Positions 11,137 to 21,190 of a DNA stretch of 64,000 nt are shown piece by piece. Each line of letters opens with the position of its first letter. Position 1 is the first letter of the stretch. The notes under the pieces are model-generated. The model saw only the letters and a list, made by a program, of their open reading frames with translations. It was not told the origin of the DNA and ran no database searches. Location of the stretch: NCBI GenBank assembly GCA_965240325.2, contig OZ251239.1:992001-1056000 (forward strand). Direction: 5' to 3'. Made by a program: the position numbers and the translations under genes. The stretch comes from Rebecca billardiae RCC1528 (lineage: Eukaryota > Protista > Haptophyta).

Positions 11137-12862
11137 CAGGTGGATACGGGTGATCTGGACAGTGGCCGACCCAACTCACGCGGAAGCCTCCCTGGGAGCA
11201 TTGGGGTCGAAGGGGCGCCAGGGACGGACTTCAGGGGGTCCCTGGAGTTCCGCCGCAGCGCGCTTTCTGCGCTGCGGGCCCGTCTCCGCGCGTGGCGGCC
11301 GCAATGGCACTGTCCAATTAGCCCTGGCACTGGCTGAGGCATGGGAATCGAGCTCAGAGACGCGCGCGCGGAGGAAAAGCGTGTGCAGCGGCTCGGACGG
11401 TTGCTCTGGGACCTACCCACGCCAGCGCAACCGCGCCTTGCCTCGGAGTCCGACCTTCCTGAGTCCGCGCACGCGCCTTGCGGCTTGAAACGCTGGCGTT
11501 CGCCCTTGTGCGCGGGACTCACGAAACAAGGCGAAGGCGGCGAGAAGCGCGACCTGGCGCGTGCGCAGACGACGTCTCACGACCAGGTGAGTTCAGCGAA
11601 CATCGTGCACCGTCGTGGCGACCCGCCAGTGGGCGCTCGTGCTCGTTCGCCCACGAGCCCTCGCCACGATGCCCGCCGCCCGCTGAGTGTCCATAGCCCC
11701 TGTGTCCAGTTAGCCCAAGGGCGGTAAGGGCTGTCAACTCCCAGTGGCGGCAGCGCCAGAGGTTGGCTCCCGCTTCGCTGCTGCGCGGCCTCGCTCCAGC
11801 GACTAACTCTCGTGGGCGCCCGCCCCGGGGGGCGAGTGGGGCGCGCACGGCGCGAGCTCCTGCGGCCGTGTACGCGCGCGCGGAGGCGGCGCGCGCGGCT
11901 GGGCAGGTGCTAGGGAGTGCATGTCGCCCTCCCACGCCGCGCGCCTTGCTCGCCGCCGCTTTCGCCGCGCCTCAGGCCAGCGCGCACGCGTGCGCCGCCT
12001 CCAGAGCCAGCCTCGGGCCCGCGGCAGCTGGCCGCGCGCGTGTGGTGCGCGGTCTGGTCGGCGCGAGTCGGTCGGGGCCATCGGGCGAGGTTCGCATACT
12101 TTAGACGCGCGCTCTGCCGCTGCGCGCCGCCGCGCATGGGCCCGGTACCATCCCGTGAAGCTGTTGAAGGAAGCTGATCGATGAATGCACGACAAGCAGA
12201 AATGAGCTCGAACACGCGACAGTGAGCGCCCATGCGCGTGATAGGCGGCCGCATTGGGTGCGTGTACGGCGTCCAATGGGTGCATTGCCCCGCTCTCCAT
12301 CGCCTGCGCTCGTCTGTTGTGCTCTTCAGCGTCTCCATGAGCGTCCAAACATGAGCATTTTCGCATTCGTGCTGCAGTTCGTGTCAGACCTAAGATGCTT
12401 GCGTGTCGACCCATGACAACCGTGCGCGGCGGCGCGCGGCGGCAGAGCGCGCGTCTAAAGTATGCGAACCTCGCCCGATGGCCCCGACCGACTCGCGCCG
12501 ACCAGACCGCGCACCACACGCGCGCGGCCAGCTGCCGCGGGCCCGAGGCTGGCTCTGGAGGCGGCGCACGCGTGCGCGCTGGCCTGAGGCGCGGCGAAAG
12601 CGGCGGCGAGCAAGGCGCGCGGCGTGGGAGGGCGACATGCACTCCCTAGCACCTGCCCAGCCGCGCGCGCCGCCTCCGCGCGCGCGTACACGGCCGCAGG
12701 AGCTCGCGCCGTGCGCGCCCCACTCGCCCCCCGGGGCGGGCGCCCACGAGAGTTAGTCGCTGGAGCGAGGCCGCGCAGCAGCGAAGCGGGAGCCAACCTC
12801 TGGCGCTGCCGCCACTGGGAGTTGACAGCCCTTACCGCCCTTGGTTAGCCCGTATCCACCTG
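11137..12862. mobile_element. TA-flanked non-autonomous TIR element (Tc1/mariner-like) with its right TIR interrupted by a foldback
   Basis: ta|CAGGTGGATACGGG...CCCGTATCCACCTG|ta. The TIR extends (ctggaca/tgtccag) once 11716-12850 is removed. Confidence 0.85.
11716..12843. mobile_element. Foldback element with ~420-bp TIRs, CAAGG termini and 7-bp TSD GTTAGCC (P/Galileo-like)
   Basis: Near-perfect arms at 11716-~12136 and ~12423-12843. GTTAGCC occurs at 11709-11715 and 12844-12850. Confidence 0.88.
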
Positions 12863-12935
12863 TACTCTACTTAATCGTGTAAAGTGGATCCGCGCGGCAG
12901 GTGCGCCCGGAATACGAAAATGCCCACAATTCGGA

Positions 12936-13032
12936 CTTTACCTACGAAAAGTCAGCGGATCGACGCTTTTTACTCCGAAAGTCAGCGGATCGAGGGGTTT
13001 TACTCTGAAAGTCAGCGGATCGCCGGCTTTTA
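12936..13032. repeat. 30-bp tandem repeat x3 (TTTACNNNGAAAGTCAGCGGATCG core)
   Basis: aaagtcagcggatcg recurs with a 30-bp period. Confidence 0.9.
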
Positions 13033-13439
13033 CCCCGCGTACCCGTGGTTGGGACAGTCTTCGCACATATTTGCTGCGACAGTAGATAGTGCCAATCCAC
13101 GTGTGAGGTATGCGTTTGTCCTTTCCTGCTTGAGTTGCCGCTATTTGGGCCCCGCGCGGCCATGAGTATTGTTCAATATACAGCTGCGAGGTACAAGTAT
13201 TCAACGCAGGGGTCGTATTCGTCGATCGATTACAGCCGACGCGACTCAAGTTAATTGGTGGTTTATTATTTGAACAGCAACCGCGATGATACTCGCTCGT
13301 CAAGAGGGGCCCGCTCCAAAGAAATAGAGGGGGCGCTCGGGCCAGGCTGACCGCCGTGACGGGAGGTCGAGATGCCACCGCGGGCGCCGCGGGGCTGCGA
13401 CCGAGGGTGTGGACCGTCGGGGTGATGTGTGAGCAAGAT

Positions 13440-14180
13440 GTTCACGCCCTGTCACCTGCAACTGTCGACGGCCGTCCTCCACCTGCACCTCGCCTGCACC
13501 TCACGACCGGGTGCCCGGATGACCGATCTGTAACACTCGACGAGTGATCCCGACGGCTCGACGAGTGATCGAGTGATCCGCACGACGGGCGTCGCTTGCA
13601 ACTGATCACGGCCGCTCTCCTGCCCGGCGCTCAGGAGGCGCACGCTTGATGCGTGTCCTGCGCGGTTGTCACCTAACGACCTGCCCCGGCGGTTGCAACT
13701 CTCTACATCTCTCGACGGAGTGGCGCGCCGCCGTCCGCGTTGCTCGACTGGATCTGCGCACCGGGCCCCGCCTGCAACTGTTTTGATGCGTGCCGTGCCC
13801 TGCGCGGTTGGCACCTGGCTGCCTGCCCCTGCTGCTGCAACTCTCGACGGCGGCGCGCCGATCAGTGTTGCTCGACTGGATGTGCGCACCGGGCCTCGCC
13901 TGCAAGTGTTTACGGCCGTCCACCAGCCCTACGGTCCGAGGCTCAGTCGGCGCGCGCGCTTGATGCGTGCCGTGCCCTGCGCGGTTGGCACCTGGCTGCC
14001 TGCCCCTGCTGCTGCCGAACTCTCGACGGCGGTGCGCCGAATCAGTGTTGCTCGACTGGATTACTGCGCACCGGGCGTCGCCTGCAAGTCGGTTCAGTAC
14101 GGCCGTCCACCAGCCCTACATACACGGTGCGAGGCTCAGTAGACAGTAGGGGCGCGCGCTTGATGCGTGCCCTGCGCAGT
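13440..14180. repeat. Degenerate tandem array, ~140-200-bp units
   Basis: ttgatgcgtg at ~13646, 13783, 13960 and 14160. The first three are followed by ctgcgcggttg...ctctcgacgg...ttgctcgactggat...gcgcaccggg; the last is a partial unit. Confidence 0.85.
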
Positions 14181-14593
14181 TGTCAACGCAGGCTGCACCC
14201 GCCACCCGCCCCAGCGTCCGCAGCACTCGGGACCGTGGCGGCAGCAGCTACCTTGACGAATGTAATGACCGGACCGCCAGCTGTCTTAGTCTATTACTTA
14301 GTATGACGCTGCGGCTGCCAGCTAACCATCAATCTGAGCAGTTCATTTAAGAAGTCCTCAGGGCTGGCACGTGCGCACGGCGGCGTCGTCTGCATCAGCG
14401 AGTGCCGAGTCTGCAGCGCGCTGTCCGCACCCGGCTATCAACGTCTGAAGGTGATGGTCGTGATTCGACTGATTCGTGAAGCTGCCGCCGGCGTGCAGCG
14501 GCGGCTGCAACTCACTCTCTAGTGTCGTTAAATCATAGTAGAATGAGTCGACTCTGGTGGACAGGTGCGCACCCAGCGGCAGAGCCTCGAGTG

Positions 14594-15619
14594 ATGGCGA
14601 CACGCGTCTCATCGGCGTCGGTTCGTGTCTCTCGGCTCCCGCGCTGCCGCACAACATCGGCTGCGGTGCTGTTGCTGTGCGCGCCAGCGATTGCACTGCC
14701 CGACAAAGTGTTCTTCCTCGGGGCCGGCTCTACTGGCTCACGCGCACTCAACGGCTTTATGAAGAGCCCCATGATGGGCTACCGCTCGGCTCATCTCCAT
14801 TGCGGGAATGTCACCGAGATGAGACGCCCGGGCGCGAGCAAGCCCGAGAAGGGAAGCTTGGCACACTGGGCGCGCGACGCAGGACAGCACATCTCCGATT
14901 CAGTCTGCTGGTCCAACTTCGACAGCTTCACAGACCAAGGCGACTTTGCCGACTTTGAGTGGCTCGACGCGCGCTTTCCGGGTGCGCGATTCGTCCTCAA
15001 CACGCGGCCGCTGCTCCCCTTCCTCGTCAGCCGGCTTGACCACTACAGGCACGATGGCGTCCCCAGGCGTTACATCCGTGATGTGGTGTGCGCGCAAGGA
15101 GGCGACGAGGCGCGCTGCGCACGGCTCCGGAGCGGCGAGGAGAAGCTCGATTGGCGTGAGCTGCCTCTCCCTCCGGACACGACCGAGCGGATCATTCAGC
15201 TCATCGTGTCCAATGCGGCGCACCAGCAGCGGGTCCTGCGCTACTTCCGCGCGAGCTGGGAGCGCATGCAGCGCTTCGTCGTCGTGTCCGTGCAGACCAT
15301 GGAGCCGTGCGAGCTGGGCGAGCTGCTCAGGTGGGTGACGCGGCCCGACTGGCGGGGCACCCGCACGACGAGCGAGCGCGTGGACGACCCAGCCAAGCTG
15401 CCAGCGCCTGTCCCGCCGCTCAACTCGAGTGATCGACTGTGCTTCCCAGCGAAGCGTGCCCGCAGCGGGGGCTCGCGCCATCCCTCGTCCTCGGAAGACT
15501 TCGTGAGGTCCATCTTGGACACGCTCGGGTGTCGCGCAGTCGATCAGCTCATGTACGGGCGCTGTGCGCGGCGCGCGCGGCTGTACGCAGCAAGCACGAA
15601 TGGCACCATCGTTGTCTGA
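14594..15619 (+). CDS. Sulfotransferase-family (P-loop fold) protein, likely secreted or membrane-anchored
   Basis: A hydrophobic leader precedes a PAPS-loop-like KVFFLGAGSTGSRAL and FTD...WLDARFPGARFVLNTRP...SR. Confidence 0.65.
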   Translation: MATRVSSASVRVSRLPRCRTTSAAVLLLCAPAIALPDKVFFLGAGSTGSRALNGFMKSPMMGYRSAHLHCGNVTEMRRPGASKPEKGSLAHWARDAGQHISDSVCWSNFDSFTDQGDFADFEWLDARFPGARFVLNTRPLLPFLVSRLDHYRHDGVPRRYIRDVVCAQGGDEARCARLRSGEEKLDWRELPLPPDTTERIIQLIVSNAAHQQRVLRYFRASWERMQRFVVVSVQTMEPCELGELLRWVTRPDWRGTRTTSERVDDPAKLPAPVPPLNSSDRLCFPAKRARSGGSRHPSSSEDFVRSILDTLGCRAVDQLMYGRCARRARLYAASTNGTIVV

Positions 15620-15977
15620 ACGATGGTGCGCCGCACTACGAGAACGAGGCTCAGACGCTGTCAATGTCATACATGGTAACGCCCGCCGGCGAACACCCGC
15701 CGCCTGCAATTGATCCATCAATCAGATTAATAATATAAAATGATTCACAAGGCGCGGCCCCAGGCGCCCCTGGCCCTGAGGGCCGCCTCAGCCCCCTGTG
15801 ACAGAGAACGTATTCATTCACGCGCGCCATCACCACGACGACAGTCCAGGCACTAGCTGTATATATTCCAGCACATTCCTGATGCCGGGGCGGAGCCTGA
15901 TGCCAGGCACGCGGTCGCGGTCCGGCCGCAGACTCAGACGACCAGACAGACAGAGAGTCAGAGTAACGCTTTAAATA

Positions 15978-15997
15978 CTCTCTCTGTCTCTCTCTCT

Positions 15998-16080
<83 letters not shown>
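15978..16080. repeat. (CT)n microsatellite
   Basis: Read directly from the sequence. Confidence 0.97.
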
Positions 16081-16084
<4 letters not shown>

Positions 16085-16269
16085 ACGACGTGGTATGCAA
16101 CGGGCAAGCGTCAGGCTCAGAGTGCAGCAGACACAGCATAGAATGCGTCCACGCCTTCCAACCAGGTCAGGCAGTGCGCCACCCGCAGCCCTGCCCACCT
16201 ACGGGAGCGGCGGGCCGGGATGGAGCACCGCCTCGGCCTCGGGCCTGGGGCACGCGGCGGCGACAGCAG

Positions 16270-16512
16270 ATGCCGCCGCGGCCGAGCGCCTTCCGGAGCA
16301 CTTGGGATGAGGTTGAGGTCGTAGTCAATGTCGCCGCCCGCCGACCTAGCGGCGAGCAGCTGCGGCAGACGGCAGCCGCGGCTGTCGCCCCCGACCCCGT
16401 GCGCCCGCGTGGGCGCCTGGATGAGGATGAGGTCGTAGTACGCGTCGCCGCGCGCCGGCCAAGCGGCGCGCAGCTGCAGAAGAGGGGCTTGGAGAGTGAG
16501 CGCGCCGCCTAG
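16270..16512 (+). CDS. Possible 80-aa peptide with an internal duplicated motif
   Basis: ATG ORF containing DEVEVVVNVAARRPSGEQL and DEDEVVVRVAARRPSGAQL, followed by an AT-rich 3' region. Confidence 0.35.
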   Translation: MPPRPSAFRSTWDEVEVVVNVAARRPSGEQLRQTAAAAVAPDPVRPRGRLDEDEVVVRVAARRPSGAQLQKRGLESERAA

Positions 16513-16773
16513 TGCGCTCTGGGCGATGAAGCGGTGCATTATTATTTATTGATGCATGCCACTAATTATTGATGCGGCCACTGTTAAGTGTTAACTAAAT
16601 AATAACGTCGATCCCGCGCCGCCTGCTCGGAACGTCCGTTGCACCAGGCGTCACTCGCGACTGAGTGAGTGCTGGCACTGCTCGTCAACTCAGCAGTGAG
16701 CAGAGTCAGCTGCGCGCGTCACGAATCACGTTCGATGACGGTCACGACTCGGCGGCTGACTACGGTAATAGTA

Positions 16774-17288
16774 CAGGCAATCGCGGGCAATAATAAGGAG
16801 CTGTCACGTTAAGAAACTGGGGCTTGCTATCTGCGGATCTGGCCTAGAAACTGAGGCTAGCGATTGGCTGGTTCGCTATGCGCATAGTCACACTAAGAAA
16901 CCGGGACTACGTCGTCCCGGCTGACGAGTGGTCCGCCGAGGGGCGAGGGCGGCGAGGCGCAGTCGGCCCGTCGGGGACGCGGCGCGGCCCGACTACGAGT
17001 ACAGGCCAAGTCCCGACTTCTCCTGATGACTGACTCCTGGCCAGTGCACCGCAGCATCCATGCAACATCATGCCAGATTTGCTCCAAAAAGGCCCAAAAT
17101 TTTCGTCGGCCTCGCCGGCCGGGCTTAAAGACTCAGCCGGGGGCTCTGCCCCCCTGCGCCCCCCGCGCCTGCGCGGCGGGCGGACCTAGCTAAGAAACTG
17201 AGACTCCGTAGGCGCTCGGGCTACCGAACGGCTAAGAAACCGAGGCTAGCCGTGAGATCTCTGACTTCTTATTGCCCGCGATTGCCTG
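16774..17288. mobile_element. MITE with TA TSD and 20-bp TIR
   Basis: ta|CAGGCAATCGCGGGCAATAA...TTATTGCCCGCGATTGCCTG|ta, with five internal (T)AAGAAACYGRGRCT-type motifs. Confidence 0.9.
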
Positions 17289-17419
17289 TAATACGGTCCG
17301 GCTGCTAACTACTATACTGATACGGACCATCATTCTGATTCATATCGTCGCAGCATTGCCATTGTGATACGATATTTGTGATTGGCGGCATTGATGTCGC
17401 AGTCCGCGGCGGCGACTAC

Positions 17420-17555
<136 letters not shown>

Positions 17556-18546
17556 CGACGATCAGACGACACTGACGATGAATCCTATATGAGATCCTAT
17601 ATAGTAGTAGTGCTGTGATCATCACGAATGCTGCTGATTTATAATTATGGCCCGCGGTGCAGGGCGGAGCGCGCAGCGTGGAGCCCGCACCAGCGGGCCC
17701 GAACCACGTTTCAAAAAGATCTTTGATCAGCAAGAAAAAAGGGACGGGGGGCGGCGGAAAAAAAGGAACGGGGGGCGATTTTTAGGGCTGGCGGAGACCG
17801 AGTTTCGAGTTTTTGAGATCGCATCATTGAGAGGTCTATCAGGCCAAAAAAAACCGCGCCCAGCTGATTCCCTTAAGTAAAGTGCGATCTGGACGTCAGC
17901 TGGACGTGACATTAGTGTAACGGTTCGTTACGAGCGAATCGTACTCGTCTTCCCGGATCGCGTGACGTCCGGACTGGGCCACATCCGGATCGTGAATGAT
18001 CGTCGGAGGTGACGTGCCCCGGCACGATGGGCGATGGCGGATATGCGGGACGGCGCCTGCACGTGCCTCCGGACCCGCCTCCCGCTTGCTGCTCACGCAG
18101 TCAGCTGCGACCGTGGCGCATGATCGCAGAAGCAGTGCCGGCAGTACGGCCTGCATCAGCTAGTGCCGCGCCGTCGTGGCGCGCGCGGTACGGTTGCGCG
18201 TTTGCAGCGCTCGCCGGTCGGCGACGGCACGCGCGTGCGGCTCAGGTGTGTCAAATGCGGTCTCGTCGGCGCGCTTTCGCCTGCCACCTCGTGCACCCGT
18301 GCCGCCAGTTTCATCGTCTTCATGAGGACTGCTGCTGCTGTCGCCATCCGCTCTCCATCACCCCGAGTCGCCGGTCGCGCGGCGCGCGCGGTAGGCACTA
18401 GGCAGGGCGTACGGTCACTCACCCGTGCAACGGGTCAAGTGGCCAGAGTACGTCTGGTCGTTGGCTGGCACGGGCCGCAGCGCTAAAGCACCCTGCTGTC
18501 ACACCCGACTCCTTCAGTACTCCGAGCTCCGCGGCACGACTCACTC

Positions 18547-18698
18547 GGCACGATCGCGGACGGGTCGGATCCGAGCTGATCAGCCAGAGTTGGACACAGT
18601 TTGGCAGCTACTAGTAGTAATTCCGATGCCGATGGCACGATCGATCGCGGACGGGTCGGATCCGAGCTGATCAGCCAGTTGGACATTTGGCAGCTAGT
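18547..18698. repeat. ~65-bp direct duplication
   Basis: gatcgcggacgggtcggatccgagctgatcagccag...ttggaca...tttggcagcta occurs twice. Confidence 0.9.
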
Positions 18699-18947
18699 TG
18701 TCAGACGGACGTCCGATTTGACGACCGGTGCCGGGTGCGGTCTCAGGTCCGCTGCTGTGATTGTGTGAATAAGTGTGAATGAGTCTCGCGGTCGCGCAGG
18801 CAGGGCGACGGTCGGACTAATAGCTTCAGTCATCTCAGAACCGACTTCAACTGGCGAACTGCCACTACGGCGGAGAGCCGCGATTGCACGGCCACCGCGG
18901 GCCCCCAACTGCGTTGATTCTATGCAGAAAAGGACCGCGGAACGCGG

Positions 18948-18949
<2 letters not shown>

Positions 18950-19038
<89 letters not shown>
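18950..19038. repeat. (AT)n microsatellite
   Basis: Read directly from the sequence. Confidence 0.98.
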
Positions 19039-19042
<4 letters not shown>

Positions 19043-19409
19043 CTGAGTAGCTACCTAGTGAGTGTCTGCCACTGATGACAGTCACAGTGACTGACGATAA
19101 CGTCGACGCCAGCAGCAGCGATATTATTCAGCGCATACTATCTGCTGATGCGCATTGCGGCATTCGGATGGATTATTATTAGACCACCCTAGACCGGATT
19201 ACTGGGCGGCTTACTGGGACCACTGGCATCACCGGAGCGGGAGAATCCCGGAGATGAGCGTAGTCTTTTAAAACAGACGTCGTCATCATCGCGGGCCGCC
19301 CGATCAAGATTCAAGAATCCATATTCAGCTGGCGATGTGCTGGCGTGGAGAGGCCCCAAGCGGCAGGCGCATGGCGAGCGACGTCCCGGCACGACTCGCC
19401 CGCGCCTAC

Positions 19410-20227
19410 TCATGCCGCGGCCACCGCCGCCTTCTTGCCGCCGACGCCGGAATCGTCGTTCCGCTTGACGACAAAATCGGCGCGCAGCAGGTTGATGCGC
19501 ACGAGCAGCGCCTGCGCGGCGCGGCGCGGCGCGGCGCGCAGGGGGGCGTGGAGCGAGCGAGCGCTCGCGGCGCGGGCGCTCGCGCGCGCGCGCGGTGCGT
19601 CTGCGCGCACGTGGCACTCGCTCGCGTAATCCTCGCCCATGCGCATCGCCTTGGCATACGTGGCGCCGCGCTGGTCGGACGACTGCGCGTGCATCGTCTT
19701 GTTGTGCGAGTCGATGCGCGCGGCGATGGTGCCGTCCGTGATCAGCGCGACGAGCTCGCGCGCGAGCGTGGGCAGCTCCGTCGCGAACGCCGCCGCCATC
19801 CGGCTCAGGTCCACCGAGCGGTACGGCGAGAAGTACGCGACCAGCGCCTTGGAGCGGACCGACGCGTACAGCGGCTCGACGTGCGCATGCAAATGCGGAT
19901 CGAGGACAAGCTGCGGCTTGAGCTGCTCGAGGCGCTCGAGGCAGCGCGCGTACTGCGACGAGTCGAACGCGACGAGCGTCTCGCGCAGCTCCGGCGCCAG
20001 GTCGAGCCACGAGCGGAACGCGTGCGAGCCCAGCACCTTCGCCTTGAGCTCGGCGCGGTCAAACGCGGCCAGCGAGCACAGCCCGCAATAAATCGCGATG
20101 TCCCGTGCGGATAGCACCTCGCCGAAGCCAAAGTCGCCCGAGCTCACGTCGGGCGGGCGGCGCTCGGCGGTGACGGCGGCGGCGGCGGTGACCCCGCCCG
20201 CCACGGCGCCCGCGGACGAGCCGCCGC

Positions 20228-20279
<52 letters not shown>

Positions 20280-21046
20280 GGCCGGGTCCGCCACCACCTT
20301 TGGCAGGGCGGTCGCTTCCAGGAAACGGCGCGCGGCCTGCTTGTACTTCTTGCCGTCGAGGTGTGCGAGGCCGGAGCACGCGCGCAGCTTGGCGAGCGCG
20401 GGCAGGTCGTCCGCGTCCGGCGTCTGCTCCGCCTTCGACACGTAGTTCGTCACGTGCATGAAGTTGCCCATGAGCACGGACACGCGCACGACGTTGAGGC
20501 ACATCTGAATCACGTGCCGCGAGGTCGTGCAGTAGTCGCGCGCGCGGACGTAGCTCTTGAGCGCGGCGGAGAAGTCGCCGCGGTCGGCGTGGAAGTTGCC
20601 CAGGTCGTTGTGACCCATCTGCGCCGCGCCGCGCGCGCGCCGCGCCGCGGGCGTCGGGTCGGGCGCGTGAGCCGCGGCCGCGCCGACTGGGCCACCGGCC
20701 GGCCGGGCGCGCGCCGCGCCGCGCGCACCCGAATCTGCTCCTTGACGAGGCTCGTCTTGTACCCTGTCAGGTCGTGCTCGAGTCGTTCGTACATGTGCTG
20801 CGCGCGCTTGTCCACCTGCTCGATCCACTGCGCGTCGCGCACGAGCCCCGCCTGCGCGCATGCCTCGGTGAAGCGCCGGTCGAAGATGTCCGCGTACAGG
20901 CTCGTGTTGCTCGAGGCCTGCAGCTCCTGCACGGCGAGGCGGAGGGCGGCAGAGCGGTGCTGCGCGGAGTGCTCTGCGACGAAGAGCAGCCGCTGCACCT
21001 TGCCCGCGCCGACGTAGCTCGCGATGTACGTCTCGAGATCGAGCAT
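19410..21046 (-). CDS. CSN1: COP9 signalosome subunit 1; exons 21046-20729, 20618-19611, 19511-19410
   Basis: MLDLETYIASYVG...YKTSLVKEQIR|MGHNDLGNFHADRGD...YVRARDYCTT, with a PCI domain (YFSPYRSVDLSRMAAAF...IAARIDSHNK). GT-AG introns at 20728-20619 and 19610-19512. Confidence 0.93.
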
Positions 21047-21190
21047 GGCTGCGCCTGCCGCGATCACCTCCGCGCTCCGGTGGCCGCGCTCTTGCCCCAC
21101 TGTGCGGCGGCCGGGGGCGGGGGTCCGGCTTCTGAGCTTGGGCGCCCGGACCCAGCTTCAAACCGTTAGTGTGCGACCGCCGGCGGAGCA

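Noticed and set aside
12936-13032. 30-bp repeats as a mini-CRISPR
   Set aside because: The variable part is only a few nucleotides, so this is a tandem repeat.
14526-14539. CGTTAAATCATAGT match to the 25549 TIR
   Set aside because: It lacks the terminal AACTG and has no partner end; at most a relic.
17649-18903. Possible TIR element bounded by GGCCCGCGGTG inverted repeats
   Set aside because: The match is only 11 bp of GC-rich sequence with no TSD. The interior looks TE-like but the boundaries are unsupported.
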